From Epiperipatus broadwayi (lineage: Eukaryota; Animalia; Onychophora): a stretch of 64,000 bases of DNA. Shown in pieces: positions 49,990-60,980 of this stretch (positions are counted from its first letter, which is position 1; each line of letters opens with the position of its first letter). Where the stretch lies: assembly GCA_028023455.1 (NCBI GenBank), contig JAQFVV010000005.1:15624001-15688000 (forward strand), in the 5' to 3' direction. Both the position numbers and the translations under genes were made by a program. A model generated the notes under the pieces. It was not told where the DNA came from. It made no database searches and saw only the letters and a program-made list of their open reading frames with translations.

Positions 49990-52400
49990 GTACGTCTGAA
50001 AAATAAATTATATGACTCTAAAATACCTGTCGAACCATGAAATAATTTGAAAAATTAAATGGATATTTCCCTCCGAAAAAAAAAAAAAGGGTAGTATTAT
50101 TGATATTAAGAAATAGGAAACAATTATCTTGCGAAAAATATGTAAATAATGACATATCATTGCAGAATTTGGTGAAGGGTTGTGATTTTGTCCCAGAAAT
50201 TAATGATATGTTGTTAGACCAATTTCTGTACAGCATGTTGAATTCAAATTTTAGAAAAATATTGTTGAGCAAATCTGACCTCAGCTATAAATATACAACA
50301 GAGAAATGTGTCATGCAAGAAACAATGCTTCAGAATTTTCATTATTATAATAGCTGGATAAAATCGCTCTTTCTTTACACAAATAAATGCACCGGATCCC
50401 AGTAGAAATAAATACATGATAACATGCTATTGTGGTAAGCCATTTAAGTAAATTGCAAACACAAAAGTAAAACATGCGTTGTTTGCAAGAAAAGATAACA
50501 TTAGTGTGCATCTGTTGTAAAATTAAGCAAACGCAGGACTACAATTCTGGGGGAGGGAGAGTGAGTAGTAATTATAATGTGAAGAAGTTTAATGACATAA
50601 ACAATGACCACATACTGCTTGATGTTGATATCTGTAATCAAAAATTAACAATGGCAGTGGATAGTGAATTAGACCTATTGTTGATATCATATAAAGATTG
50701 GTTGAAAATGAGCAGAGGGTATTGTAATAAAATAATATTTATGAAAATGGATATTATCACAACAGGTGGTAATGGCAATAAAATTGATATGGATGGAAGA
50801 GTAACAATATCTGAAAAACTAAATTAGAGGATCAAATTTCTCCCATTGTATATTGTTAACTAACATTTTAGTCCATTACTTGGACAAAACTGGTTTTGCT
50901 CTTTAGGAATCTGTATAAACATCATAAAGAGCATTCATTTGTAAATTATAATGCAGAGGAAGTTTCCTGGGTTGTCTAAGTCTGGATCAATAGAATTAAA
51001 AGTCAATGTTGAATTGATGAAGGAAGCACAACTCTACCATATAAAGTTCCATTTGCTCTGAAAGCGAAAGTAGAAAAAACTATCAATGAGACGGTACAAA
51101 AAGGAATACTAATATTTGTAGAAGATTTGCCTTGGGCTATGCATGTATTTATTATTATGAAACCATAAAGATACCTATTTAATTTCTAGCTTACATGAAG
51201 TATTGACTTTATTGCAAAAAGCTTTTGTACTTTATGAAAATAGACTTCAAAGCTGTATTCTACCAAATCTCATGACAGAAAGAACACAGAATTATTATCA
51301 TTGATTACAGATATGGGACTTTATAAGTTGAATAAATTGCCTTGTGGAATTACATTAACCCTAAAAATTTTCCAGGCAAAAATGGATAATTTTTTTCATG
51401 GCTTGAACAGTGTCATTTCATACTTAGATGATATTTTGGTCATTGCACAATCTGAGCTAGAATTAGAAAGGTGAATAAATGCAGTTTGTTCAAAATTGGA
51501 TAAAGTAGAAATCAAGATAAATACATCAAACCTTATCTGGTCTACAAATGAGATAAAGTTTCTTGGATACTGAAAAGACTATGAATATGGAGCAACAAGG
51601 GCTCTGAAAGCGCTAAGTCTGCAAATTAGAATATATAAAAGAAGCCTACAAATTATTACATAAAAAAGTTTCACCGCAATGCATCAGCGTATTATTGATT
51701 ATAAATAAAAATAGAAATATTCAAGTCCAGGCAAGGTGAAGGTCATAAAAAACACTGTGAGACTAAGAAATGCGAAGGAGTTAGAAACATTTTTAGGACT
51801 TTTAAACTTTTATGAGAGTTTTTTAAAGGAAAGTCTCATTTGTTATCCCCATGCTATCAATTGTTAAATAAGAACAACATTGGAAATGATCTAAAGAACA
51901 AGATTTAGTTTTCAAAAAAAACCAAGGATCTTTTTAACTGTAAATCAACTCCTGACACACTTCCATAGTGATCTGGATATTATTATCACTACAGATGCAT
52001 CAGAACATGATGTTAGAGCCATGATTTCCCATCCATGCTATGAAGGTGAACATCCTATAACCTATACCTTGAGAACATTGTTGACAGTTGAAGAAACTAG
52101 CCAGATTGACAAAGAAGCATTAGCTGTTATTTTCATCATAAATAAATTTCATCAGTTTATTTATGGATTGAAATTTTCAAAGTCACATGGATCATCATCT
52201 GCTTCTAGGAATATTTGGTGTTGAAAAAAAAATTCTTGAACACATAAGTCAATACATGCCACACTGGATAAATGTATTATTAGGATACAATTATGAATTA
52301 ATATGTAATTCAGAAAAGCAAATTAGACATGCAGATATTTGACTTTTAAGAAAAACAATATGGCATTAGCGAGATAAGTTGTATAGACACTGATGTACTT
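49990..52400 (+). mobile_element. Decayed Ty3/Gypsy LTR retrotransposon gag-pol
   Basis: Domains in order: gag (CDF..NDMLLDQF..RKILL..DL), Cys knuckle (CKHKSKTCVVCKK), protease-like MAVDS, RT with YLDDILVIA at 51421, RNase H (TTDAS; HPITY..SQIDKEALAVIF..KFHQFIYG). Many stops. Confidence 0.88.
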
Positions 52401-55283
52401 TATTGATTATTATTTTTCTTGTGTGCCTTTCAACATAACTATTTAATGGTATTACTGCATAGGAAATCAGTCTGAATTAATAATTGTGTGGTAGTGAATA
52501 TGCATTTTACTTATATCATTGTGGAACCCATAAATTAAATAATTCTTGAGGCTAAATTACAAATCTTTAATTTTTTTTGGTAAGTATCTTAAGTCTCTAT
52601 AATAGTGCTTTCACTAATGTGTCCATGGAACTTTGGATTAGTATAACTGTGTTTATTTTGGAAAATTCCCATGCATCTTAAAAATCATGTAAATTGTAGT
52701 AGTGATTTTAAACAGTTCCTATTGTTTTTTTGTTACCAATTGAAAAGTTTCATATAGAAATATGATTAATTTTGATTTTAAATTATGTAAAAAAAAAGTT
52801 TTCTTTGTCCACATAATTTCAAAATTGTATCAAAAGACTATCCATGAGTTTAGTGAAAATTGTTATACTTAGAATAATGCCATAAAAATATTTGGTCCCA
52901 ATTTGAATCAATGATTTGTCCAATAACAATATTTTCTAAAACTTTCATAGATGAATGAATTTACATTTTGCACAATGAGTGAATTTGGGGGTATATCATC
53001 ATTGTTAAATCATTTTATATTATTGGAGTTATTAGGTCTATTTATCCTATCCCCAATCATACAATGAATGATGATTTTATCAATCAGTCATTAATATTAT
53101 TCATGAAAAGTTATTGTTTAGAACAAATAAACAAAAAAAAACAAACAAATAAGAGCTAATTATAAAAATTGTAAATACATGATAATAAATAACTTGCTTG
53201 TTTTAATCTCTTGCTAAGGATAATTAGATAGTCACTTGGGGGCAGGAAAATTTTAAATTTGCTTGGAGCTTTTTGAAAAAAATTTCAAGTTCAATCAGGT
53301 TTGTATCTAGATTATGGATCTACCTGAAGGATGTGTTACCCATTACACATGAGGCTTTATTGTAGGTACTAGTATGGTAAACTGTCTATTATATTAACTC
53401 TCTATATGTGGATGATTTTTCTGAGAGCTTGAGAAGAAATTATTTGAGGACTTGCTGATTTCTAATTGATGAGAGTTTCAGCGTTTCCATTTCCTGTTTA
53501 TCCTTTAGCTTAAAATGACTAATTAATCATTTACTGACCAATATTGAATGATTTACTAAGTTGACTCTGAACTAGTTGTCTGAAAGAAAAATCCTAGGGA
53601 TGATTTGAATCTGAAAAAACTTTCAAATATTACCTACCTTGGATGCAAATTCAAGTTAAGATGTTGGCTATCTCTACATTATCAATACATGCACATAGAA
53701 TTTCCATTTGTAGTTGTTTTAGTTACAACAATTATCATTGAAAGAATATTTTCTCTGAGAATATGGCAGGCAAAACTCTCCATACAATATTGCTACTCAG
53801 TGATGTTTATTGGATTAAGCCAAAAGATAAGATATTTTAGAATTCTTAATAAATAGAAGCAAAAATGTAATTTTGGAAAATGAATCCTTAGTTAGTTTTA
53901 GATACAAGAATATATTTTTATTGTTTGCTTAGAGGTTTATTCCATATGTTAATTTTGTTAACTGTAAATGTGTGTGTTTTTGGATGATGAAGCCAGATAG
54001 TACTCATGGGGTGGCTGGGTGTACTGTAGCATTTAAATGTACAATGCTAATTTATTTAAATTAGTAATTTAAATATTCCATTTGTTGGAAAGTTGGACGC
54101 AATTCTTTTTTTTATTAATGGCCTAGTTGTTATTAGCAATAAACCATGCCTCTTTCATTTTATCTCACTCCATGCAAACAATTTTAACATTTATTGGATC
54201 TATTTAAAAATGAATCAAAAACAAAATGCAGTACATTGTATTTTAGGGTATTATAAAAGCAATGTGCTAATATATTTTGACAATTATTATTGTTTTAGTT
54301 TGGTGAATTGTATTTAATTTGAAAATTTGTGCTGAGATTTGAAGATTTGGGTGAATTCTCTATATTCTTCCATCTAAACATTTAATGGATGTTTCACTAA
54401 TGTAGCCCATTACAAGCAAAATATTCATGGTTTTATTGTCATAATAAATTTTATTACAATATAATTATTTAAATGTGTGTGTATATACATATATTCATGT
54501 TTTGCTTTTTTAGTTACATTTTACTTTATACTACAGTATTTTTTTTTGAATAGCATTAAGGAGAACCATAAATATTGTAGCACTTAGAACATTTAAGAGG
54601 CTTAATCTAAATTAAAAATTAGTCTAGAGATTCTACGTGAAATAAATATTATATGCTTAAGTGATTCACTAGAAATTTTTGTCATCCCATAATAAAAATA
54701 TTTATAACTGTATTTCAGTTCCTTAAAGTTTTAAGAGATGTTAATATATATGTCATTAGAAAATTGCTTAATGGTTAAAATGGCTTCCTAATGATAGGGG
54801 AATTGGGAAAAAAATGTAGTTGGGATATTTGAGATAAGACTTTGTACTACTCAGTTAATAGCCCTGCTTGCAGTATTCTTGCTATTCCTAGCATTTTTAA
54901 ATGAAGGAAAATTTTGAAAATTTGTAATAGCAAGCTACTGAAAAATGAGCAGAATGATAATATCTTACATTGGCATCCTGCTGTCATGGGAAAGGGAAGG
55001 TTGCTCCATGCTATTTTTCTCGATCTTTTCTGGCAAGAGATAAAGTTCAGTAATGCTACATACATATTATTCTTAATAATATCATCATTAGTTTTTAAAT
55101 GTCAATTTAAATTATAACTTGGTTATGTAAAATCATTAAAGAAAAGTTTATTTTGATAGTTAAATATTTTAAAGTGATTTCAATTTATTATGAAATTTGA
55201 AGAATTTATTTTATGATATGTTGGTATAATCTTGTGTATGTGTTAACCAGTAATTGATGTATTTTTTCAAATTTTATTTTTAG

Positions 55284-55407
55284 GTAGTTTTTTAAGTGAT
55301 GCTGGATGGTATAGTGATTGTGAACATGTTTTAATCGCATGTCTTCAACTTTGTAAGTCCTTACAGGATCCTCTACATTGGACAAAAGCTTTAGAATGTT
55401 GTCTTAG
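55284..55407 (+). CDS. APPBP2: APPBP2 internal coding exon (exon 4, 124 nt)
   Basis: ttttatttttAG acceptor, GTAATT donor. (G)SFLSDAGWYSDCEHVLIACLQLCKSLQDPLHWTKALECCL(R) contains the conserved FLSDAGWY motif; phase is consistent. Confidence 0.96.
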
Positions 55408-56643
55408 GTAATTTTTCATTTTAAACATTTCTCTTTTTTTTTTTCCTGGGGGGGGGGGGTTTCAGAATATTTTACCCCCCCCCTTTCTTTTTTTAATTTT
55501 AAATAAGCAGAACTTATTAGACAGATGTGCCTCTACCTTTATTTGAAGCAACTAACATAAATATGTACTAAGTTGCTGTCATAGCTAGAGAAACTATGAT
55601 CACTAGCTTATACTGTGCCTATGTATTTGGCTGTAAATCTGTACTGTAAATAAAGGTCATTATTATTTAAAGCATATTAAAGTTGAATTGAGAGATCCTG
55701 CTATGAAGGACTTTTTCAAAACTTCTTCGTTATATATATTTTTAAATATTGTGCTGTTGGACAACATCTTTTCCATCAACCACCCACAGGGCAACAACAA
55801 AAGAAAAGACCATTAAGTTAATTAACTTTCAATTGGTGAAGGTCTTTATGATTTTCCTTCTTGCCTATGTGATTTAAAGTCCAAATGTCCCTGAACCAAA
55901 GCTTATTGTATCACTTCTGGTGCTCAACTAATGGTACTATTTTCCTTTTATAATTTGCTGTAATTAAAATAGGTAAGTGCCTATTTACTGGTCAATAATT
56001 GTTTGGATGTGGATCAGTTTCTGACAAAAACTTCATGTCATGAGTTCAATATATTAACTTGTGCGTGACATGACTCTTATTACACGATTGTTCAGAGTTT
56101 AAATAACTACAAATCTCAATTTTAATCATAATTTAGCCTTCCTCTTTATTCTTATTTCACAAAACAACTTTATTATAAATAAAAGTATTCTTCAATAAGA
56201 TATTAAGTGGGATTTAAAGAAATATATAGTTATAGAACAAAGATATTTTTATTACAATAATAATTTAGTGATTAATCAATTGACACAATTATAGTGCATC
56301 TAAATTTCATTTCTGGATGAAATTTGGTGATTTATTTCAGGTTTCAAGCAGTTTTGAGATTGTATTTATGGATAATGATCTCATAGTCAATTAACTAGTC
56401 ATCTAATAATTGATCTGTTAATGACTATCTAGACATTCTTAGTAAAAGAGAAAAGAAGAATGGAAAACTATAATAGCTCACCACTGAATGTTTGACTAGC
56501 TTAGTGAATATTAGTTTTTTTTTCACTGTTTTTTATTGAAAAGTGATGGAAAAGTTTTTTGCCCAGCAATGATCTCTTAAAAGTTTTTTTACTTTTTGAC
56601 ATCACATGTATTAAAGTATGTACATATATATATATATTAATAG

Positions 56644-56812
56644 GTTACTTCATGTTAGAAATGCATCTTGTAAATTTAATGAAGCAGATCTTATTAGTAA
56701 AGAAGCACAAGAGTATGTAGAAAAGCTTCATCAAGTTGGGTATCCATGCAATTTAGCGGGTCTGTATACAGAATTCTGTGCTCTCTATTTTGTCCGGAGT
56801 CAATACAATGAA
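56644..56812 (+). CDS. APPBP2: APPBP2 internal coding exon (exon 5, 169 nt)
   Basis: taatAG acceptor, GTAAGT donor. (R)LLHVRNASCKFNEADLISKEAQEYVEKLHQVGYPCNLAGLYTEFCALYFVRSQYNE; overlaps ORF 56618..56821. Confidence 0.95.
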
Positions 56813-57149
56813 GTAAGTTAAATAAGATGAATGTCCATTTATGATAATTTTTATATCAATGTTAAGATATTCTTTATATATATATATATATATTGATTTC
56901 TAAACTTGTGTATGTATGTGTAGAGATTTATGTTAGTTCCAAAAAGACTGAATATTGATTCTACACAGAACAGGCAGACAAATTCTTACAAAAGTAATTT
57001 TAAAGGGATATAATTATGACTGCAACATGATAAAATATAGTCAGTTTCATCATAGACGACATTTGTAACTGAATATAATTAAATCAGAAGCAGAAAAGAA
57101 AAAGGTAAATGCTGGTTGTTTAGTCTATTTATATGACATTTTCCAGTAA

Positions 57150-57420
57150 CTTCTACAGTAGTTTTTTTTTTAAGGATTTCTGTACTAGTTGTAACTCTCC
57201 ATTTGTACTTGTTGAGATTATCTCTATGATATAAATGGGGTTTACCTCTGCCACAGAAATTAGTCTGAAATTCACTGTAAAATAACTTCTTAGGAAGTTT
57301 GGCACTATTTATGTGTTTCATATGCCCCACCCAATAAGGTGGGCTTTTGCAATGGCAGATTAATATCATCACAACCAGAAAGCTGAAGATTGTAATGGTT
57401 GTTAGTCTTATGAACTCATT
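57150..57420 (-). mobile_element. RTE-type LINE 3' fragment
   Basis: YWVGHMKHINSAKLPKKLFYSEF..GRGKPHL resembles the RWxGHVxRMxxxRLPKxxxYxEL..GRP motif. Confidence 0.68.
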
Positions 57421-57989
57421 ATTGTAGTTTCACAATATTACAGAGAAAATAAAAATTTTGAATGAACTTTGAATAGTCAACTCACATTTTATTTCTGTCC
57501 AATAAATTTGGATATTGCTGACAGTGTATCAACAGATTTCTAATTGGTTTTATTGTTGTCAATTGAAGCTTAATAAAGTCAGTTGACTTAAGATCATATC
57601 TAGATTCATCCATGGTGAAAGTATTCACTTTTAATAGTGTTCAATTAAAAATGTGGAATAAAATGAAGAGTTGTGTCAGATATTGAGACAGGAGAAGTGA
57701 GAAAAAAAAAATGAAAGGAAAAAGGACAAAATAATTTCTTATTGATAAAGCTTCACATTTTAAATATTCTTTTTCTATATTACTTTAAATTCTATTTGTT
57801 TAAAAGTCTCACAATCTTTCCAGCTAATTGATTATAAAAGTGCCATAGGTCCAATTTGCTTTTTAGCTTCTGTCTTGAAGATTTGAGATGTAAAGCTATT
57901 ACACATCTAACAACCAACTTAATTCAAAAGACCTATAAAGTTTTTTATCCAAACCAACCTATTTATAAAGTTAGAAAGCTATGACTAGT

Positions 57990-58045
57990 TTTAAATCCAA
58001 AGTCGTCACTGATGAAAACTGACTTGATTAGGCATAATATTACTA
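57990..58045 (+). repeat. Internally deleted family B hammerhead remnant
   Basis: atccaaag..tcaCTGATGAa[stem II missing]aaact..gattaggca follows the order of family B motifs seen at 47095-47165. Confidence 0.45.
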
Positions 58046-59228
58046 TTATCAAGTTTACAGTAAAGAATCCTGGAATAGAGTGAAGAGAATTGCTTCTCAA
58101 AGTATATGTTAAGTGTAAACTGAAGAACTTACGATATTTTGTTCAATTTCATTGGTAGAAGATGAGATTGCATCTTATTTTCTCATGGCATGTTTTTGAA
58201 GAATTTTACTATATTAGAAATGGAAAAATTATCTTTGAATATTTTACAATAGTGCAATTTTTTAAAATTTTCCATTAAGGGAAACATTCTGCATTGTTTT
58301 ATTGGGAGCATGGCTATGTAATGATTCTTTTTCAATTAGCTTTTATATTGGAATGGGTGGAACAATGGCAAGCTACCATTAATGATGATAATGATTAAGT
58401 TTTTTTTATGTTGCTTATAATCTTTGTTCTTCTTTATCAGTTATTTTCTTGTTTTACTGTATGCTCTATCATCTCCATTTAAGTTTCTTAATTTTTATAT
58501 TATTAAAATCAGTTTAGACTTTAATCAGTTCCTTCATTTTTTTATATCCTTAATTATTTCCAATATAAATTACTCCCCAAATTCCTTTGCATTCAATTCA
58601 GATATTTTGTTTTGCATCTACAAATTAAAACAAGTAATAAACTTGTGTTTATAATTATTATTATATTTTATATTATAATTTTCTCACTATAATGGTGAAA
58701 AAGAATTCCTGAAATAAAATATCGTCTTTTTTACTTTAAATAGACTCATTTTAAATAAAACTTGCTCTTATACTAAAAAGCAAACACCACGTGACTTTAT
58801 TTATATTTAATCTGCATTGCATGATTTATGCAGTGATAGAGTGGTAGACTCTAGAGGTCATGACCCCGCTCTGTGTTTGAATTTTTTATAAACTTCAGAG
58901 CAATAGAACATTTGATTATTGTTTCCTTTTTTCTTTTCATAGAGCCAATTCTATAAGCAATTAATTGCCACTAATGATAGTGCAAACAGACTTTCATAAC
59001 TATTTCAGGCTTACTTGTTTTCTTTTAGCTAGGAAGCTATTTTATACTATATGTATACAGTAATCATCTCGTCCTCATTGCATTGGAATTTCCTTAGCAT
59101 TGGCATTTAGTTCCAGTACTTCTTGTAAATATCATAAACTTAACAGTTTTTGATATCTAATGTTATATATGTTTTTATTGCATGTTGTATAAAATATAGA
59201 TAATTTTAATGTGTCATATTGTCTACAA

Positions 59229-59628
59229 CAGGGATGCCCAACCTTTAATTTGACGCGAGCCAGTTGAGAATTTAAAAAAATTTGGGGAGCCACAATTATA
59301 TATTACATTTATAAATATAATTCACAAACTAAAAAAAATTGGTGTAATATGTTAAAAAGAAAAAAAAATGTAAATACATTTTATTTATATTTATTTATTA
59401 AAAATTTGGTAACATACATATAAATCATAATTACAGGAAAAATACATTTTAATTATTTTATTTAATGTGAAACCTGACACTGTATATCGTTATCGTTTGT
59501 TTTGTAAAAATATTTATTTTTTAGTGTGTGCATGTGGCGTCAAGGAACATAAAATATTTTATCAATTTTTCTTGAAGAGTGCTATGCGAGCCACATGTGA
59601 CTCGCGAGCTACGGGTTGGGCATCCCTG
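59229..59628. mobile_element. Intact 400-bp hAT (Charlie-like) MITE
   Basis: Perfect 15-bp TIR CAGGGATGCCCAACC / GGTTGGGCATCCCTG and perfect 8-bp TSD GTCTACAA at 59221-59228 and 59629-59636. Confidence 0.95.
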
Positions 59629-60635
59629 GTCTACAACATGTATATAAGTATCTATATCACAGGTTCCAAAATTACATAACATATATATATGAAATCATCA
59701 TTAGAAAGAATAAAATATTGTACATTAGACAAAAACATATGCGTATAATGATTTTAATGAACATAAGTAACTGTATTTAACAAACCATTTCTTTAGAAAC
59801 TTGTTTGATAAAAACTGGATCAAATTTTTTAAAAAAATAGAAGAAATGTGTAATAATTTTTATAAATTATTTAAAAATTATGTATACACATTAAGACCAT
59901 CTATATAAATGAAGTTACTAAAATCTTTTTTTTTTCTTTTGATGAAAATTGATGATGATAAAGTGCAAAACATATAACATCTAAATGGTATGAAATTGAT
60001 TTTCTGTAATTTTAAGCCTGTATTTGCCTGTGCAAAATCAGCAACCATATACTTGCAATGCAATAGAATGTTTTGGATCACTCCTAGAAAATTAAAATTT
60101 CGTTTTTTAAAATTAATTTCTAACTTTCTATTATTTATATTTTTTAACTTTTTATATGATTTTGAAATAAAGAATATGATGAACTTACTCTAGTATGCTA
60201 TTCAAGTAATGGTTTGAAATCTTCACAAATGTCATAAGAGTTTAAACCCATGTTGAATTACCTGTATATCTATATAGATTTGATAGTAACCTAGTAATTA
60301 TATATTTTAGTAAACTTATTCACAGTCACCTTTGACTTTTCTTAATAGGATGATATGTGTTAAAGCAGTATGACATGATTCTTGTATCTCACTCTGACAG
60401 AGAACTGATACTGGAAGCATCTGGTATTGGTTGTTCTTGCCTACAAAGTGAATGCAAAGAGATTACTGTTATCGATTGCATAAATGTCTTTGTCGATATT
60501 AGTTATAAATCTATATGAAGAAAGTATAAATATGTTTAATGTTTACAAATTTTGAGTGTGGAAAGAGTTTAATGTTTATGTGTAATTTTAAAATAAATTT
60601 TGCATTAGTTGTTTATTTTATTTTTTGAATTTCAG

Positions 60636-60692
60636 GCATATGAATATTGTTTAAAAGCATTAAGAGAAGTAAATTCAAATCTTCCTATTAAG
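60636..60692 (+). CDS. APPBP2: APPBP2 internal coding exon (exon 6, 57 nt); gene continues beyond the window
   Basis: tttcAG acceptor, GTAATT donor, phase 0/0. AYEYCLKALREVNSNLPIK resembles human AYKWCIEAMKEITAGLPVK (from memory). Confidence 0.9.
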
Positions 60693-60869
60693 GTAATTTT
60701 TTTTATTTATTTATCTAAAAAGTTTTTCAGTATTGTGTATTTAAATTTTTATTTATTTATCTTTTTTATTTAAAATATAGAGAAAAATCATTTTAATACA
60801 TATTACAAAGAAAAATAATTATATATACTTTTACTGTTAACAATAATATCACATGATTTTCTCATATGT

Positions 60870-60910
60870 TTATTCACTGATGAAGCACAGCCAGAAATTA
60901 GTCCCTTGAT
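60870..60910 (+). ncRNA. Family B-type hammerhead core, stem I lost
   Basis: ca CUGAUGA A-GC-ACA-GC-CA GAA AUUAGU C, with no complement for stem I. Confidence 0.45.
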
Positions 60911-60980
60911 TACTCAAACTCACAGTAGATGGCTCCAGAGTAAGATGAAGAGATTTTTTCTTAGTATTTTTTAATACATT

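Noticed and set aside
53280-53430. Possible RT remnant (GCV, VNCLLY, LYVDD)
   Set aside because: Motif order is scrambled and too degenerate to call.
55965-55978. AG|GTAAGT recursive-splice-like site in intron 4
   Set aside because: The acceptor context is purine-rich (aaaatag) and the intron is only 1.2 kb.
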